From: an uncultured Gemmatimonadales bacterium
GTDB lineage: Bacteria > Gemmatimonadota > Gemmatimonadetes > Longimicrobiales > RSA9
Length of the DNA: 64,000 nucleotides
Direction: 5' to 3'
Assembly (NCBI GenBank): GCA_963741945.1
Contig: CAVUKA010000005.1
Span: 160,001-224,000, forward strand
This document shows positions 50,864 through 61,633 of this stretch, piece by piece. Every line of letters begins with the position of its first letter. Position 1 is the first letter of the stretch. Below the pieces are notes generated by a model. That model was not told the DNA's origin and did no database searches. It worked only from the letters and a program-made list of their open reading frames with translations. A program made the translations under genes and the position numbers.

Positions 50864-52471
50864 CTAGCGGGCAGGCGTCGTCTCGTTCCCGCTGGGCAGG
50901 GTCAGGGTAAAGGCGGAACCGGCGCCCGGCTCGCTCTCCAGCCGGACGGTCCCGCCGAGCAGCTCGGCGAGGCGCCGGGAAATGGCGAGACCGAGGCCGG
51001 TGCCACTGGGGCCGGTGCCCCCGGGACCAGCAGCGCGACCGACCTGCTCGAACTCATCGAAGATGCGGTCCTGGTCCTCCGGCCGGATCCCGGGGCCGGT
51101 GTCGCTCACGCGAACCTCCACCATTTCCGCATCATCTTCCCCCGCGGCAACGGACAGGGCGACGGTGACGCCGCCTTCCTCCGTGAACTTCACGGCGTTC
51201 GAGAGCAGGTTGAGCACGATCTGGCGAACGCGGGCCGGGTCCGTGGTGACCACGAGCGCGTCGGGCGTGTCCATGTCCAGGTAGATCCCCTTCTCTCGGG
51301 CCTGGAGCTGGAGCGACGTGGCCGTGTCCCGGAGCAGGCCGGCGAGTTCCACCTGCTCGGGGAAGACCTGCAGCTTCCCCGCCTCGATCTTGGAGATGTC
51401 GAGAATGTCGTCCACCAGCTCCAGCAGGTGCTGGGCGCTCCGGTTCGCCTTGCGCAGCGCGTCCATCTGCCGATCGCTCAGGTCGCCGAAGATCTTCTCC
51501 TGGAGCAGGTGGTTGTAGCCGATGACGGCGTTGATGGGAGTCCGCAACTCATGGCTCAGAGAAGCGAAAAAGCGGGAGCGCTCGGTTATGGCCCGCTCGA
51601 GGTCCCGCGCCTGCCGCCTCGCCCGCTGGTTCAGGAGCGCGCGATCGAGCGCCATGGCCGCCTGGCTGCTCAGGGTCTTGAGCAGAGGTCCGTCCACGTC
51701 CTCCCGGAACGCGCCGGCGGCGCGAGCGAGGAGCACGAGCAGGACCCGGCTGGGCTCGCGGGCCACGCTCGCCACGGCGGCAGCGCGGAAGTCGGCCTGG
51801 ACGTACGGCGCCACGAGATCGGCGGTGGCATCGTCATCCAGGAAGCGGGCGGTGGCGTGCCCACCGTCCCAGGCTCCCTGCCCCATGGCGGCGATCAGGG
51901 CATCGAGGCCCTCGGGCAGGTCCGGCCCCTCGTGGGCGCGGACGCGCTCGCGCCCGTTCCGGCGCACCACGAGGCCGATGGCATCGGCCCGGAAGATCTT
52001 GCGGGCCTCCCGTATGAACTGGTGGGCGAGGGCTTCCGGCTCCACCGACTGGAGCAGGGCGTCGGAAATGCGCGCGATGGCCGACATCTCGTCGTGGCTG
52101 CGCTTGATCTGCTCCATCACGCCTACGCGGGCCAACAGCTCGGCCTTGCTGCACCCCTTGCTCAGGAAATCGTACGCGCCCAGGCGGAGGCCGCGCACGA
52201 TGAGCTCATCCGTCGGAGGGTCCCCGGTGAGGAAGATCACGGGGATCGACTCGGTGAGCGGATCCCGCTTCAGGCGCTCCACCACGGCGAACCCGTCCAT
52301 CTCAGGCATGTGTACGTCGAGGATGATGACGTCGGGAAGCCAGGAGCGCGCGGCGTTCAGCCCCTCGGGGCCGCTCGCTTCCACCCGTACGCTGTGGTCC
52401 GCCTCACCGAGGATCCCGGCCAGCGTGAGGCGCGAGATCTTCTGATCGTCCACCACCAGGATGCGTGCCAT
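50864..52471 (-). CDS. Hybrid receiver-GAF-histidine kinase
   Basis: N-terminal receiver; SHELRTP, NLLSNAVKF, DTGPG, GTGLGL. Confidence 0.92.
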   Translation of the reverse strand: MARILVVDDQKISRLTLAGILGEADHSVRVEASGPEGLNAARSWLPDVIILDVHMPEMDGFAVVERLKRDPLTESIPVIFLTGDPPTDELIVRGLRLGAYDFLSKGCSKAELLARVGVMEQIKRSHDEMSAIARISDALLQSVEPEALAHQFIREARKIFRADAIGLVVRRNGRERVRAHEGPDLPEGLDALIAAMGQGAWDGGHATARFLDDDATADLVAPYVQADFRAAAVASVAREPSRVLLVLLARAAGAFREDVDGPLLKTLSSQAAMALDRALLNQRARRQARDLERAITERSRFFASLSHELRTPINAVIGYNHLLQEKIFGDLSDRQMDALRKANRSAQHLLELVDDILDISKIEAGKLQVFPEQVELAGLLRDTATSLQLQAREKGIYLDMDTPDALVVTTDPARVRQIVLNLLSNAVKFTEEGGVTVALSVAAGEDDAEMVEVRVSDTGPGIRPEDQDRIFDEFEQVGRAAGPGGTGPSGTGLGLAISRRLAELLGGTVRLESEPGAGSAFTLTLPSGNETTPAR

Positions 52472-53553
52472 TACCCCAGCTCCGCGCCGAAGAGATCGAG
52501 GATGGCGCCCGGGATCCGGTCGAGGGGAAGGACCTGCTCGGCGTGGGGGCCGGCGGCGCGGGGCATGCCGAAGATGACCGCGCTCTCTTCGGCTTCGGCC
52601 AGTGTGCGGGCACCCGCTCGCCGCATTTCGGCCAGCCCCTCCGCACCGTCCTGGCCCATGCCGGTGAGAACCACGCCGATGGCACGGGAGCCGGCTGCCC
52701 GGGCCACCGACGACAGGAGGTCGTCCACGGACGGGCGGTGAAGGAGGCGGTCGGAGCCGGTCGGAATGCGGACGCGCAGCCCGTCGTCGCCCTGCTCCAC
52801 TCTGAACTGCCGCCCGCCCACGCCGACCAGCGCCACGCCGGGCTCCACACGGTCGCCGTCGCGCGCTTCCCGGACTCGCAGCGCCGAGCGGCGGTCGAGG
52901 CGCTGGGCCAGCGTCTCCGTGAAACCGGGCGGCATATGCTGCGCGATGACGATCCCCGCGGGGAAGCTGGCCGGGAGGTCCGAGAGGATGCGGACGAGCG
53001 CCCGCGGCCCACCGGTCGACGCGCCCACCGCCACGACATCGTACGCGACGGCGGGGAACGCCGAACGCATGGCTCCCCCGGGTGCCAGTCCGGCGGGAGA
53101 CGGCGCCGTAACCGGCTCGGCCGGGATGGAGCCGGAGCCGGCCGGAAAGCGCGCCCCGGCTACGCCCAGCACCTTCTCGCGCAGCGCCGGAGCGAGCTCA
53201 TAGATGTCCATGCGGCGCCCAGCTTCCGTCTTGCTGATGAAGTCCACCGCGCCGAGGTCCAGTGCCTTGAGCGTCACTTCGGCGCCCGGGTGGGCGTGGG
53301 AGCTGAGGACGAGGATGGGCGTGGGAAACGTGGCCATGATATCGCGGATGGCTTCCAGGCCGTCCACCTCGGGCATGACAATGTCGAGAACGACGACATC
53401 GGGCCGCAGCCGCTTCACCTCCTCCACGGCCTCCCGGCCGTTCGCCGCCGTCCCCACCACGCGAACATGGTCCAGCGGAGCGAGCATCCGCTTCACCGCG
53501 CTGCGCACGAAGGGCGAGTCGTCCACCACCAGCACTGCAATCCGCTCCGGCAC
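52471..53553 (-). CDS. cheB: Chemotaxis methylesterase CheB
   Basis: Receiver plus GASTGGP, QHMP, RPSVD, LTGMG.DG. Confidence 0.95.
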   Translation of the reverse strand: MPERIAVLVVDDSPFVRSAVKRMLAPLDHVRVVGTAANGREAVEEVKRLRPDVVVLDIVMPEVDGLEAIRDIMATFPTPILVLSSHAHPGAEVTLKALDLGAVDFISKTEAGRRMDIYELAPALREKVLGVAGARFPAGSGSIPAEPVTAPSPAGLAPGGAMRSAFPAVAYDVVAVGASTGGPRALVRILSDLPASFPAGIVIAQHMPPGFTETLAQRLDRRSALRVREARDGDRVEPGVALVGVGGRQFRVEQGDDGLRVRIPTGSDRLLHRPSVDDLLSSVARAAGSRAIGVVLTGMGQDGAEGLAEMRRAGARTLAEAEESAVIFGMPRAAGPHAEQVLPLDRIPGAILDLFGAELG

Positions 53554-53554
53554 G

Positions 53555-54397
53555 TCACTCCTTCGGCCGCGAGTAGAAGATGGCCCCCGGTCGTCGCTCC
53601 GGGGCGAAGCGGGTCGGAATGCGGCTCAACGTCTCCGAGTGGCCCAGGAACAGGTAGCCGCCTGGCCTCAACACGGCATACAGGTTGTCCACCGCCCGCC
53701 GGATCCCGGCCTCGTCGAAGTAGATCAGGACGTTTCGGCAGAACGCCACATCCTGCCGCGGCAGCGCTGCGCCGAACCCCGGGTCCACGAGATTGCCCTG
53801 CTGAAACCGTGCCGCCGCACGCACACCGGACTTCAGCCGCCAGTGGTCCGACCCCTCCGGGGTGAAGAGCCGGCTCCGCGTCTCGGGCTCGACGCCACGG
53901 AAGGCGTGGGCCCGGAACACCGCCGTCCGGGCTCGCTCCAGCGCCGCCCCATCCACGTCCACCCCCGTGATCACCGGCTCCAGGCCCGTCCCCCGAAGCG
54001 CGTCCATCGCCACGCTCGCCAGCGTGTACGCCTCTTCTCCCGACGCGCTGCCCGCGCTCAGGATCCTCAGCTCCGTCCGACCGTCCGCCTGCGCCGCCCG
54101 CGCCAGCCCGGGAAGGACTTCCCGACGGAGCACGTCCAGCTGTCCTCGCTCGCGGAAGAAGTAGCTCTCGTTGTTTGTCAGGTGCGAGACGAGACGGAGC
54201 CGCTCCTCACGCGCCGACGGGTGGTAGCGCACGCGGAAGAGCAGCTGCTCGAACGACGGCAGGTTCAGCGCGGCACGGCGGGGCTCCAGCCGTGCCCGCA
54301 GGATCTCCCGCTTCTCGGGGCCGAACCGGAGCCCGAACTCTCCCGCCAGCCACTCGGCGAAAAGGTGAAACTCGTCGTCCGTGAGCGGTGGCGGCAA
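53555..54397 (-). CDS. cheR: Chemotaxis methyltransferase CheR
   Basis: TNNESYFFRE, SAG..SGEEAYT, FCRNVLIYF, LGHSE. Confidence 0.95.
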   Translation of the reverse strand: MPPPLTDDEFHLFAEWLAGEFGLRFGPEKREILRARLEPRRAALNLPSFEQLLFRVRYHPSAREERLRLVSHLTNNESYFFRERGQLDVLRREVLPGLARAAQADGRTELRILSAGSASGEEAYTLASVAMDALRGTGLEPVITGVDVDGAALERARTAVFRAHAFRGVEPETRSRLFTPEGSDHWRLKSGVRAAARFQQGNLVDPGFGAALPRQDVAFCRNVLIYFDEAGIRRAVDNLYAVLRPGGYLFLGHSETLSRIPTRFAPERRPGAIFYSRPKE

Positions 54398-56179
54398 TCA
54401 ACCCTCCTCGATGCTTCGCCTCGCCTCCGCACGTACGGGCGGGGAGGGGTCGGAGGAGGCCAGCCGCTCGAGCCACTCTCGCTCCGGCAGTCCGCGCCGC
54501 GCGATGATGCGGACCGCGCCCACGCGCACCCATTCGTCCTCGTCGCCAGTGAGCCGCTCCACGATCTCCCGTGGAAGCGCGTCGGCCACTTCCAGCGCCG
54601 ACCGGACCGCCGTTCGCCTGCGGTCCAGGTCGCTGGAGGCGAGACTCGGCACGAGCGCTTCCGCCGCCGCGGCCCCGCCCACCTGCCCGAGCGCCCGCAA
54701 CGCGGCCAGCGCCTCCGCCTCGGGGCCGTCCAGGTGACGCCGGAGGTACGGGACCGCAGCCGGCAGCCGCTCCTCCCCCAGCGCTGCAATGGCCGCGATC
54801 CGCGTCTCGGCGTCCGGGTCGTCGAGCGCCAGCACGAGCGGGCCGATCGGGCCGCCCGCGCGCCCGAGAGCACGGAGCAGGGCACGTCGCGTGGCCGGCA
54901 GCGATTCGCTCCCCAGCGCATCCTCCAGTGCGCGGACCACGGAGGGGTCCGCGCACTGCGCCAGCGCTTCCGCCGCCGCCGTCCGGATGTCGGGCGACGG
55001 GTCGGTCATGAGCGGGACCAGGGCGGCACACGCTGTGTCCCCGAGGCCGCCCATGGCGCGCACCACTTCCGCCGCCCCGCCCGCTCGCTCCACCTCCGCC
55101 GCCAGCAGCGGCAGTGCCCACTCCGTGGGGGACCGCGCCAGCGCTTTCGCCGCCGCTCCGATCACGTCCGCATCCGGGTGCGAGAGGAGGCCAGCGAGCG
55201 CGGCGATGTGAGCGTGGTCCTGCACGGGGGGCAGCAGGGACAGGAGCATCACCAGCTCCTCGGAGTCCAAGGCGGGGAAGCGGGCCACCAGCGCATCCGC
55301 GCGCTCCTCCGCAGGCGCCGCGAGCAGCCCGGCAAGGGCCGCTTCACTGCGACGAGGTGGCCCGAGCAGCTCCGCCAGCCGCGCCAGACCGGCCGGTGAC
55401 GCGGCGATCCCCGCGAGACGAGCCGCAGCAGGGTCGTCGTCCTGCTCCAGCGCGCCCAGCAGCTCTCCCTCCTGCTCCACGGCCGACTGCCGGACCCATG
55501 CCGGCACGGGCCGATCCGGAAATGCGCACAACACAGCGCCCGCGGCCAGCAGCGCTTCCATGGGCCTCGAGCGCGCCAGGATCCGCAGCACGGGCAGCAC
55601 CGCTGGATCATTGACTTCCCGCAGCGCTTCGATCAGCGGTATTTCCGCCCCCGGGAGATCCGCGGTCCGCGCCAGCGCCGGAATGCTGCGGGTGTCCCGA
55701 AGCCGGCCGAGCGCCACGATCGCCGCCGCGCGCACCCAGAGCTCGGGAGCGTCCGCCAGCGCGGCGAGGGGCTCGACGGCTTCCGGAGCACCGATCTCGC
55801 CCAGCGCGTCCGCCGCGGCAGCCACCACATTGGCGGACGGATCCCCGAGGGCCGCGACCAGCGGGTCAGCGACGGCGGTGGAGCCACTTTCGCCGAGCGC
55901 GGAAGCGGCGAGGACGCGGAGGTCTTCATCCCCGGCGGCGAGCGCGTCGAGCAGGAGCCGACGCGCGGCGGACGCGGAGGGAGAGCCGTCTGCCGCTGCA
56001 GCGGCGAGGGCCATGCGGGCGGCCGCGCGCGTGCGGGCATCGCTGTCGGCGAGGGCGGCGCGGCAGGCGGCGAGCTGGTCGTCGAGGAGGCCACGTTGGC
56101 GGATCCGCTCGAGGGTGTGGTGGCGAGACCACTCGTCGTCGCCGACGAGCGACTCCAGCGCCGCGACCCGATCAGACAT
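54398..56179 (-). CDS. HEAT-repeat (PBS lyase-like) protein within che operon
   Basis: Repeated VR.AA..ALG units throughout. Confidence 0.88.
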   Translation of the reverse strand: MSDRVAALESLVGDDEWSRHHTLERIRQRGLLDDQLAACRAALADSDARTRAAARMALAAAAADGSPSASAARRLLLDALAAGDEDLRVLAASALGESGSTAVADPLVAALGDPSANVVAAAADALGEIGAPEAVEPLAALADAPELWVRAAAIVALGRLRDTRSIPALARTADLPGAEIPLIEALREVNDPAVLPVLRILARSRPMEALLAAGAVLCAFPDRPVPAWVRQSAVEQEGELLGALEQDDDPAAARLAGIAASPAGLARLAELLGPPRRSEAALAGLLAAPAEERADALVARFPALDSEELVMLLSLLPPVQDHAHIAALAGLLSHPDADVIGAAAKALARSPTEWALPLLAAEVERAGGAAEVVRAMGGLGDTACAALVPLMTDPSPDIRTAAAEALAQCADPSVVRALEDALGSESLPATRRALLRALGRAGGPIGPLVLALDDPDAETRIAAIAALGEERLPAAVPYLRRHLDGPEAEALAALRALGQVGGAAAAEALVPSLASSDLDRRRTAVRSALEVADALPREIVERLTGDEDEWVRVGAVRIIARRGLPEREWLERLASSDPSPPVRAEARRSIEEG

Positions 56180-58130
56180 GGAACGTGCTCACGAGCGCCG
56201 TGAGCCGGGTGGCCTGAGCGGACAGGTCGCGCGCGGCCCTGACCAGCTCCTGCACGGCCGACTGCGCGTCCCGGGCGCCGCCGCTGATCTGCTCCGTGCT
56301 CTGGAGGATGAGCTCGCCGCCCCGCTTCTGCTCCGCCGTCGCCTCGAACACCTCCTGGGTCTGACGGTTCATCCGCTCCACCGCCTCCACGATCTGGCGG
56401 CTGCTCATCGCCTGCTCTCGGGTGGCGATGCGGGACTCCTCCGCGATTCGCTGGATGTGCCGCATCGCCTCGTGCGTCTGCGACGCGGCCCGGGTCTGCT
56501 CCTCCGTGGCCACCGCCACTTCGTCCATCAGGTCCCGCGTGCGCGTCGACGATTCCAGGATCTTCGTGAGCACTCCGGCCGCCCGCTCCACCACTTCCCG
56601 CCCCTCTCTCGTCCGCTCCGCCATCACATCGCTGGATTCGGTCGCGTCTCGCACCCGCGCCCGCACCTCATCAATGGTCCCCCGGATGTCGCGCGCGGAC
56701 TCCACCGAGCGCTCGGCCAGGCGGCGCACCTCCTGCGCCACCACCGCGAAGCCGCGCCCGTGCTCCCCGGCCCGCGCAGCCTCGATGGATGCGTTCAGGG
56801 CCAGCAGGTTGGTCTGGTCCGCGATCTCTTCCATGAGCTCCGAGATCCGGTCCACCGACTCCCCGGCGCGGTCCAGCGCGTGGATGGTGGTCACGAGGCG
56901 GTTCAGGTCCTGGTGGATCGCGTCCATCCCGGCCGTGACCTGGCTCATGGCCGCGCCACCGTCCTGCGCGTCCTCCGCCGCGCTTTCCGCGATGCGCCGC
57001 GTCTCGACCGTGTGATGCTCCGCCTGCGTGATCGACGCCGCCATTTCCTCCATGGTGGTCGACGTCTCATCCACCGCGCTGCCCAGCGCTTCCGAGTTCA
57101 CGGCCGTGGACTCGATCGCCTGCCCCATCTGCGCGATGGAGCTCGACGTCTGGTCCACCGATGCGGCCAGCGCCTCCGTGTTCTGCGCCACGCGGGCGAT
57201 CTGCGCCGCGATCTCCTCCATGGATGACGACATCGCTTCCGTCGACCCCACCTGGTCATCCACGGTGCTCGAGATCCGCTCCGACGTCGCCGCGATCTGC
57301 TCCGCCGCAGAGGCCACCTGCGTGGTGGTCTCGTTCACTTCGCCCACCAGCCGCCGCAGCTTCGAGGACATCGTGTTCAGCGAATCCTCCAGCCGACCCA
57401 GCTCGTCGTCCCCCGTGGACTCCAGCCGCCCCGTCAGGTCGCCGCCCGCCACCGCCTCGGCGAACAGCACCGCCCGGTTGAGCGGACGGGCGATGCGGCC
57501 CGCGATCCACACCGCCACGATGACGCCCACGGTCACGGCAAGCACCGTCAGGAGGACGGTCAGGATCTGCATACGGGCAACCGCTTCCTGCATGCGGGCG
57601 TGGCGCTCGCTCGCGATGGCCTGCGCTCGCGCGTCCAGGCGACGCAGCACGTCGCGCGACCGGGTCCCCTCCCCGCCGCTCAGCGCCTGCAGCACGGCCG
57701 GCGGAAGCGGCCCGGTCAGCGCCTGTCGCTTCGCTTCGATGGCCGGCTCCGCCACTTGCTGTGTCCACACCTGGGCCACCGTCACGGCCGTGTCCAGCCG
57801 CGCCACCTGCGACGAGTCTCGGATCAGCGATCTCGCCTCCTGCGCGTGCTGCTCCAGCCGCTCGCCCGCCGCCGTGTACTGCTCCAGCGCCGCCGCATCG
57901 CCGGTGAGCATGAAGTCCCGCAGCGCCGTGAGTCGATCGGCCACGGCAGCGTTCATCAGCGCCGTGGCGGTCTGCACGTTCTCGACCCGGTCCAGCTGCG
58001 TGCGCTCCGATTCCAGCGCGGCACCCTGGACGAAGACCACCACGCCGATCAGGGCAGTGAAGAGTACCACGATCCCATAGCCGAGCAGGATCTTGTTTCG
58101 AACGCGCGTATTCGTGAACCAGTCCACCAT
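56172..58130 (-). CDS. Methyl-accepting chemotaxis protein (2 TM, HAMP, extended coiled coil)
   Basis: [30 protein letters not shown]. Confidence 0.95.
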   Translation of the reverse strand: MVDWFTNTRVRNKILLGYGIVVLFTALIGVVVFVQGAALESERTQLDRVENVQTATALMNAAVADRLTALRDFMLTGDAAALEQYTAAGERLEQHAQEARSLIRDSSQVARLDTAVTVAQVWTQQVAEPAIEAKRQALTGPLPPAVLQALSGGEGTRSRDVLRRLDARAQAIASERHARMQEAVARMQILTVLLTVLAVTVGVIVAVWIAGRIARPLNRAVLFAEAVAGGDLTGRLESTGDDELGRLEDSLNTMSSKLRRLVGEVNETTTQVASAAEQIAATSERISSTVDDQVGSTEAMSSSMEEIAAQIARVAQNTEALAASVDQTSSSIAQMGQAIESTAVNSEALGSAVDETSTTMEEMAASITQAEHHTVETRRIAESAAEDAQDGGAAMSQVTAGMDAIHQDLNRLVTTIHALDRAGESVDRISELMEEIADQTNLLALNASIEAARAGEHGRGFAVVAQEVRRLAERSVESARDIRGTIDEVRARVRDATESSDVMAERTREGREVVERAAGVLTKILESSTRTRDLMDEVAVATEEQTRAASQTHEAMRHIQRIAEESRIATREQAMSSRQIVEAVERMNRQTQEVFEATAEQKRGGELILQSTEQISGGARDAQSAVQELVRAARDLSAQATRLTALVSTFHV

Positions 58131-58134
58131 CCGC

Positions 58135-58674
58135 TCACGCCTCCTTGCTCGTGGACCCGGGCGGAGCGGTTGCCCGCCCGAGATGCAGCACCGTTACTGC
58201 ACCGTCTTCCGCGGCCACCAGCCCGCTGGCCACGCCTGCGCGAAGGCCGGATTCGGCCGGACGCGGGGGCGGCCCGACCTCCGACGCGCCGACCGGGAGG
58301 AGAGAGGTGGCGCGGTCCACCAGCAATCCGACCACCGTTGCCGTTTCCGTGTTCCGGGCCAGGACCAGGCGCCCGGGCCGCTTCGCCGGCGTCGAGAGCA
58401 GGCGCAGCCCGAGGTCCAGCACGGGGATGACGTCGCCACGGACGTGGGTCACGCCGGCGAGCTCGGCGCTCGCGACCGGGAGGCGACTGATCGGCGGCGT
58501 TTCCACGATCTCCATCACCTCGTCCGCCCAGACGCCGAAGCGCGCCTCGCCCAGCTCGACCACGAGCAGCCCACGGGGCGCGGCACCGGGCGCCTCTTCC
58601 GCAGCACGGCCTTCCCAGTCCTGCCCTCCATCCGCCATGGGGCTCCCGCGGTCGCCCGGCTCCGGGCGAGTCAT
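58135..58674 (-). CDS. cheW: CheW adaptor
   Basis: FGV..V.EI, G...VRG.VIPVLDL, VGLLVD. Confidence 0.88.
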   Translation of the reverse strand: MTRPEPGDRGSPMADGGQDWEGRAAEEAPGAAPRGLLVVELGEARFGVWADEVMEIVETPPISRLPVASAELAGVTHVRGDVIPVLDLGLRLLSTPAKRPGRLVLARNTETATVVGLLVDRATSLLPVGASEVGPPPRPAESGLRAGVASGLVAAEDGAVTVLHLGRATAPPGSTSKEA

Positions 58675-59060
58675 GGACGGCGCCCGGGCGCCAGGTCGCT
58701 GATCGCCTCCAGCAGCTGGGCCGGCTCCCACGGCTTGCACAGGTAGCGGTCGGCGCCCGCCTCGAACGCGGCATCGCGGTCGGCGTCTCCGCACTCGGTG
58801 GACACCACCACTACCCGCACGGAACCGAGCCCGAGCTCCGTCCGCAGCCGGCGGATGAAGGTGATGCCATCGAGGCGAGGAAGGTTGACGTCCACGATGC
58901 AGAGGTCCAGGTCGGGCTCGGCCGCGGCCATGTCCAGCCCCTCGATGCCGTCGCCCGCGAAGCGAAGCGACTCCGCCTCGTCGGCCAGCAGCATGCGGTA
59001 GAGGCTCTGCATCATCGGGCTGTCCTCCAGAACCAGGACCCTGCCGAGACGGATGCTCAC
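58671..59060 (-). CDS. cheY: CheY-like response regulator
   Basis: LEDS, DVNLPRLDG, VSTE, KP. Confidence 0.85.
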   Translation of the reverse strand: MSIRLGRVLVLEDSPMMQSLYRMLLADEAESLRFAGDGIEGLDMAAAEPDLDLCIVDVNLPRLDGITFIRRLRTELGLGSVRVVVVSTECGDADRDAAFEAGADRYLCKPWEPAQLLEAISDLAPGRRP

Positions 59061-60682
59061 GCTGCCGCGCTCCCGGCCTGGCGGCCTTGCTTCAGCGCCA
59101 TCACCTGCCGCACGTCCAGCACCAGGATCACCCGGCCGCCAGGACGAACGCTGGCGCCGGAGACGGCCGCTGCCCGCGCGCCGAACGGTGGCAGGTGCTT
59201 GATCAGCAGGTCGCTCTGACCGAGCAGCGCATCCGCGGCGATCACCGCGGTTTCGCGGCCACTCCGCACCACGACCCCGAACGAGCCGCGCGGCTCCTCC
59301 CCTCCCCAGCCGAACAGGCTCGCCAGCCCGATCAGGGGGACCAGGGCACCATCCAGGCGGACCATCTGGCCGGAGCCCACCCGCTCCACGGCCGTCAGCC
59401 TCATCGTGCGGATCACGTCCGTCGCCGGAATGGCCAGCACCTCTCCCCCCGTTTCCAGGACCAGCCCCGGCAACAGCGCCACGGTCAGCGGGAGCCGCAG
59501 GAGGAAGCGCGTGCCCCCTCGATCAGGACGCTCCACGGTGACATCCCCCCGCAGGTCCCGTACGCTCCGGCGGACGACGTCCAGGCCCACGCCCCGGCCG
59601 GAAACGGTGCTGACATCCCGGCGAGTGCTGAAGCCAGACCGGAAGATGAGCTCCACCAGGTCGTCCTCCGGGAGCTCCGTCCCCTCCTCCAGCATTCCCG
59701 CCTCCCCGGCCCTGCGGCGGATCGCGAGGAGATCGAGGCCCTGGCCATCGTCTTCCACCACCACGTGCACCCTGTCCCCTTCCTGTGCCGCGGTCACGCG
59801 GATCGTGCCGTGCCGCGGCTTGCCCGCCCGCTCCCGCACCTCCGGCGCCTGGATGCCATGGTCTATGGCGTTCCGCACCAGGTGCAGGAGTGGCTCTGAC
59901 AGGGCATCCGCGGTGCTCTTGTCCACTTCCGTCCCCTCCCCCTCCACCACCAGTCGCGCCTCCTTGCCCTGCTCTCGCGCCAGCCGACGCACGAGCCCGT
60001 GAAAGCGCGACAGCACACGCGCCATGGGGACCAGGCGCATCCCCATGACCCGATCGCGCACCCCTCGCGCTCTCCGATGCACGCTCTCCACCCGGTCACG
60101 CAACTCTCTGCCCGCCCGGGCCTCCGCCAGCGCGCGCTCCACTGCCGAAAGCTCCCCCATCAGGTCGCCGACTTCGCTCAGCAGCGCATCCAGATTCTCG
60201 AACCGGACACGTATCCGATCCAGCGACACGCCAGTGGCAGAACCGGGACCACCGTCACCCTCCGGCGCCTTCGACCGCGTCGACTCCGCCGGCCGCTCCA
60301 CTTCATCCAGCCGATGGCGCGCCAGCGACAGCCCGCGGAATGCTTCCTCCTGGTCCTCCGTGCCCGCAGACTCCGCCGCCCGACGGAGCGCCGACGCACC
60401 CTCGAACAGTCGCTCCACCATCCGCTCCGGCCACCGCTCGGCCGACGACTTCAGCACGTTCTCCAGCACGTGGACGAAGTCCCGGATCGCGGACAGGCCC
60501 AGCATCCCCGCGTTCCCCTTCAGCGTATGAAGCGCCCGCAGCAGCTCGCTCCGGCCCTCTTCCGGGAGTGATCCTTCCCGCTCGAGACGGATCAGCCCGG
60601 CATCCAGCCGGTCCACCTGGTCCCGGGCTTCATCCCGGAACTCCTCGACAAGCGCGCCAAGGTCGAACGACTCCGCCACCAT
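59057..60682 (-). CDS. cheA: Chemotaxis histidine kinase CheA (no obvious P2)
   Basis: HTLKG, HLVRNAIDHG, DDGQG, GFST, SGRGVGLD, C-terminal CheW domain. Confidence 0.95.
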   Translation of the reverse strand: MVAESFDLGALVEEFRDEARDQVDRLDAGLIRLEREGSLPEEGRSELLRALHTLKGNAGMLGLSAIRDFVHVLENVLKSSAERWPERMVERLFEGASALRRAAESAGTEDQEEAFRGLSLARHRLDEVERPAESTRSKAPEGDGGPGSATGVSLDRIRVRFENLDALLSEVGDLMGELSAVERALAEARAGRELRDRVESVHRRARGVRDRVMGMRLVPMARVLSRFHGLVRRLAREQGKEARLVVEGEGTEVDKSTADALSEPLLHLVRNAIDHGIQAPEVRERAGKPRHGTIRVTAAQEGDRVHVVVEDDGQGLDLLAIRRRAGEAGMLEEGTELPEDDLVELIFRSGFSTRRDVSTVSGRGVGLDVVRRSVRDLRGDVTVERPDRGGTRFLLRLPLTVALLPGLVLETGGEVLAIPATDVIRTMRLTAVERVGSGQMVRLDGALVPLIGLASLFGWGGEEPRGSFGVVVRSGRETAVIAADALLGQSDLLIKHLPPFGARAAAVSGASVRPGGRVILVLDVRQVMALKQGRQAGSAAA

Positions 60683-60768
60683 TGCCTCACGGGAGGTGCT
60701 TTCGTTGAGTGCCCCGCCCCCACGCGGGATTCATTCCACTCGCGCACACCCGCGTCTCCTTGATTGTT

Positions 60769-60783
60769 GCTTGATTCTTGCCA
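60769..60783 (-). promoter_or_regulatory. Sigma54-like promoter upstream of che operon
   Basis: TGGCAAGAATCAAGC = GG-N10-GC. Confidence 0.4.
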
Positions 60784-60886
60784 GGAAGCGGACCACGAGA
60801 TGCCTTGCCCGAAGTGTTATCCATCGAGACAGTGACATACGGGGCACCCGGCCCCGACCAGCGAACCGAGAAAATGGAGACGGACC

Positions 60887-61288
60887 ATGACCATGACGAC
60901 AGCTTCCTACGCCATGGCGCGTACGCTCGACGTGCCTTTCGATGAGGCCGACCGGCGTGTCCGCGATGCGCTTCAGGCCGAAGGCTTCGGCATCCTGACC
61001 GAGATCGACGTCAAGGCCACCATGAAGAAGAAGCTCGACATCGACTTCCCTCGCTACGCCATCCTCGGCGCGTGCAATCCGCCGCTGGCGCACCAGGCCC
61101 TGCAGGCCGAGCCCGATATCGGCCTCCTCCTGCCCTGCAACGTGGTCGTTCGCGAACTCCCCGACGGCCGCACCATGGTCGAGGCCATCGACCCCGTCAT
61201 ACAGCTGTCCGTCGCCGACAACCCCGATCTCCCTGCCGTCGCCGAAGATGTGCGGCAGAGGATGCGACGCGCGATCGACGCCGTCTGA
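60887..61288 (+). CDS. DUF302 family protein
   Basis: EGFGILTEID, ILGACNP, IGLLLPCNVVV. Confidence 0.9.
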   Translation: MTMTTASYAMARTLDVPFDEADRRVRDALQAEGFGILTEIDVKATMKKKLDIDFPRYAILGACNPPLAHQALQAEPDIGLLLPCNVVVRELPDGRTMVEAIDPVIQLSVADNPDLPAVAEDVRQRMRRAIDAV

Positions 61289-61321
61289 ACCCCCGATCGC
61301 CCCTCACCACGGCCTCCCCGG

Positions 61322-61367
61322 GAAAAGAAGAAGCGCCGCCGGATCTCTCCGGCGGCGCTCCTCTTTC
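61322..61367. terminator. Bidirectional intrinsic terminator
   Basis: Perfect 12-bp stem AGCGCCGCCGGA/TCCGGCGGCGCT; TCTTCTTTT tail on minus, CCTCTTT on plus. Confidence 0.85.
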
Positions 61368-61630
61368 CTGTCGCGATCCTGACGCGATGCCGCAATCGAC
61401 ACCCGCCGGTCTTCGGACAGCTCGCTGCGAATACCTTTCGGCTACGCGCCGATCAGGCGATCGCTTGCCCGTGTCAGGTCGCGGACAGTACTGGCACTTC
61501 TAGACAAGGATCACCTCCTTTTCTGAATGGCACAACGGGCGTTGGCACCAGCGGGCTTCCACCCGCGGTCCCGTAGCCGCGCCCCCTTGGGACGCCGGCC
61601 CTGGGCCCAGTCGCCGGTTCGGGCGACGCC
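61323..61630 (-). ncRNA. Candidate structured small RNA / sORF transcript (about 300 nt)
   Basis: Own promoter and terminator, several hairpins, AAAGGAGGTGATCC, 21-codon ORF 61442..61507. Confidence 0.55.
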
Positions 61631-61633
61631 ACG

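Noticed and set aside
61508-61524. 16S rRNA 3' end (GGATCACCTCCTTT) on plus strand
   Set aside because: Flanks lack the preceding conserved 16S sequence (AAGTCGTAACAAGG etc.); it reads as an extended SD on the minus strand
61323-61630. tmRNA or SAM/ZTP riboswitch
   Set aside because: No GGGG..CCA tRNA-like ends; only isolated fragments such as GGTGCCAA resemble riboswitch motifs, without the conserved cores
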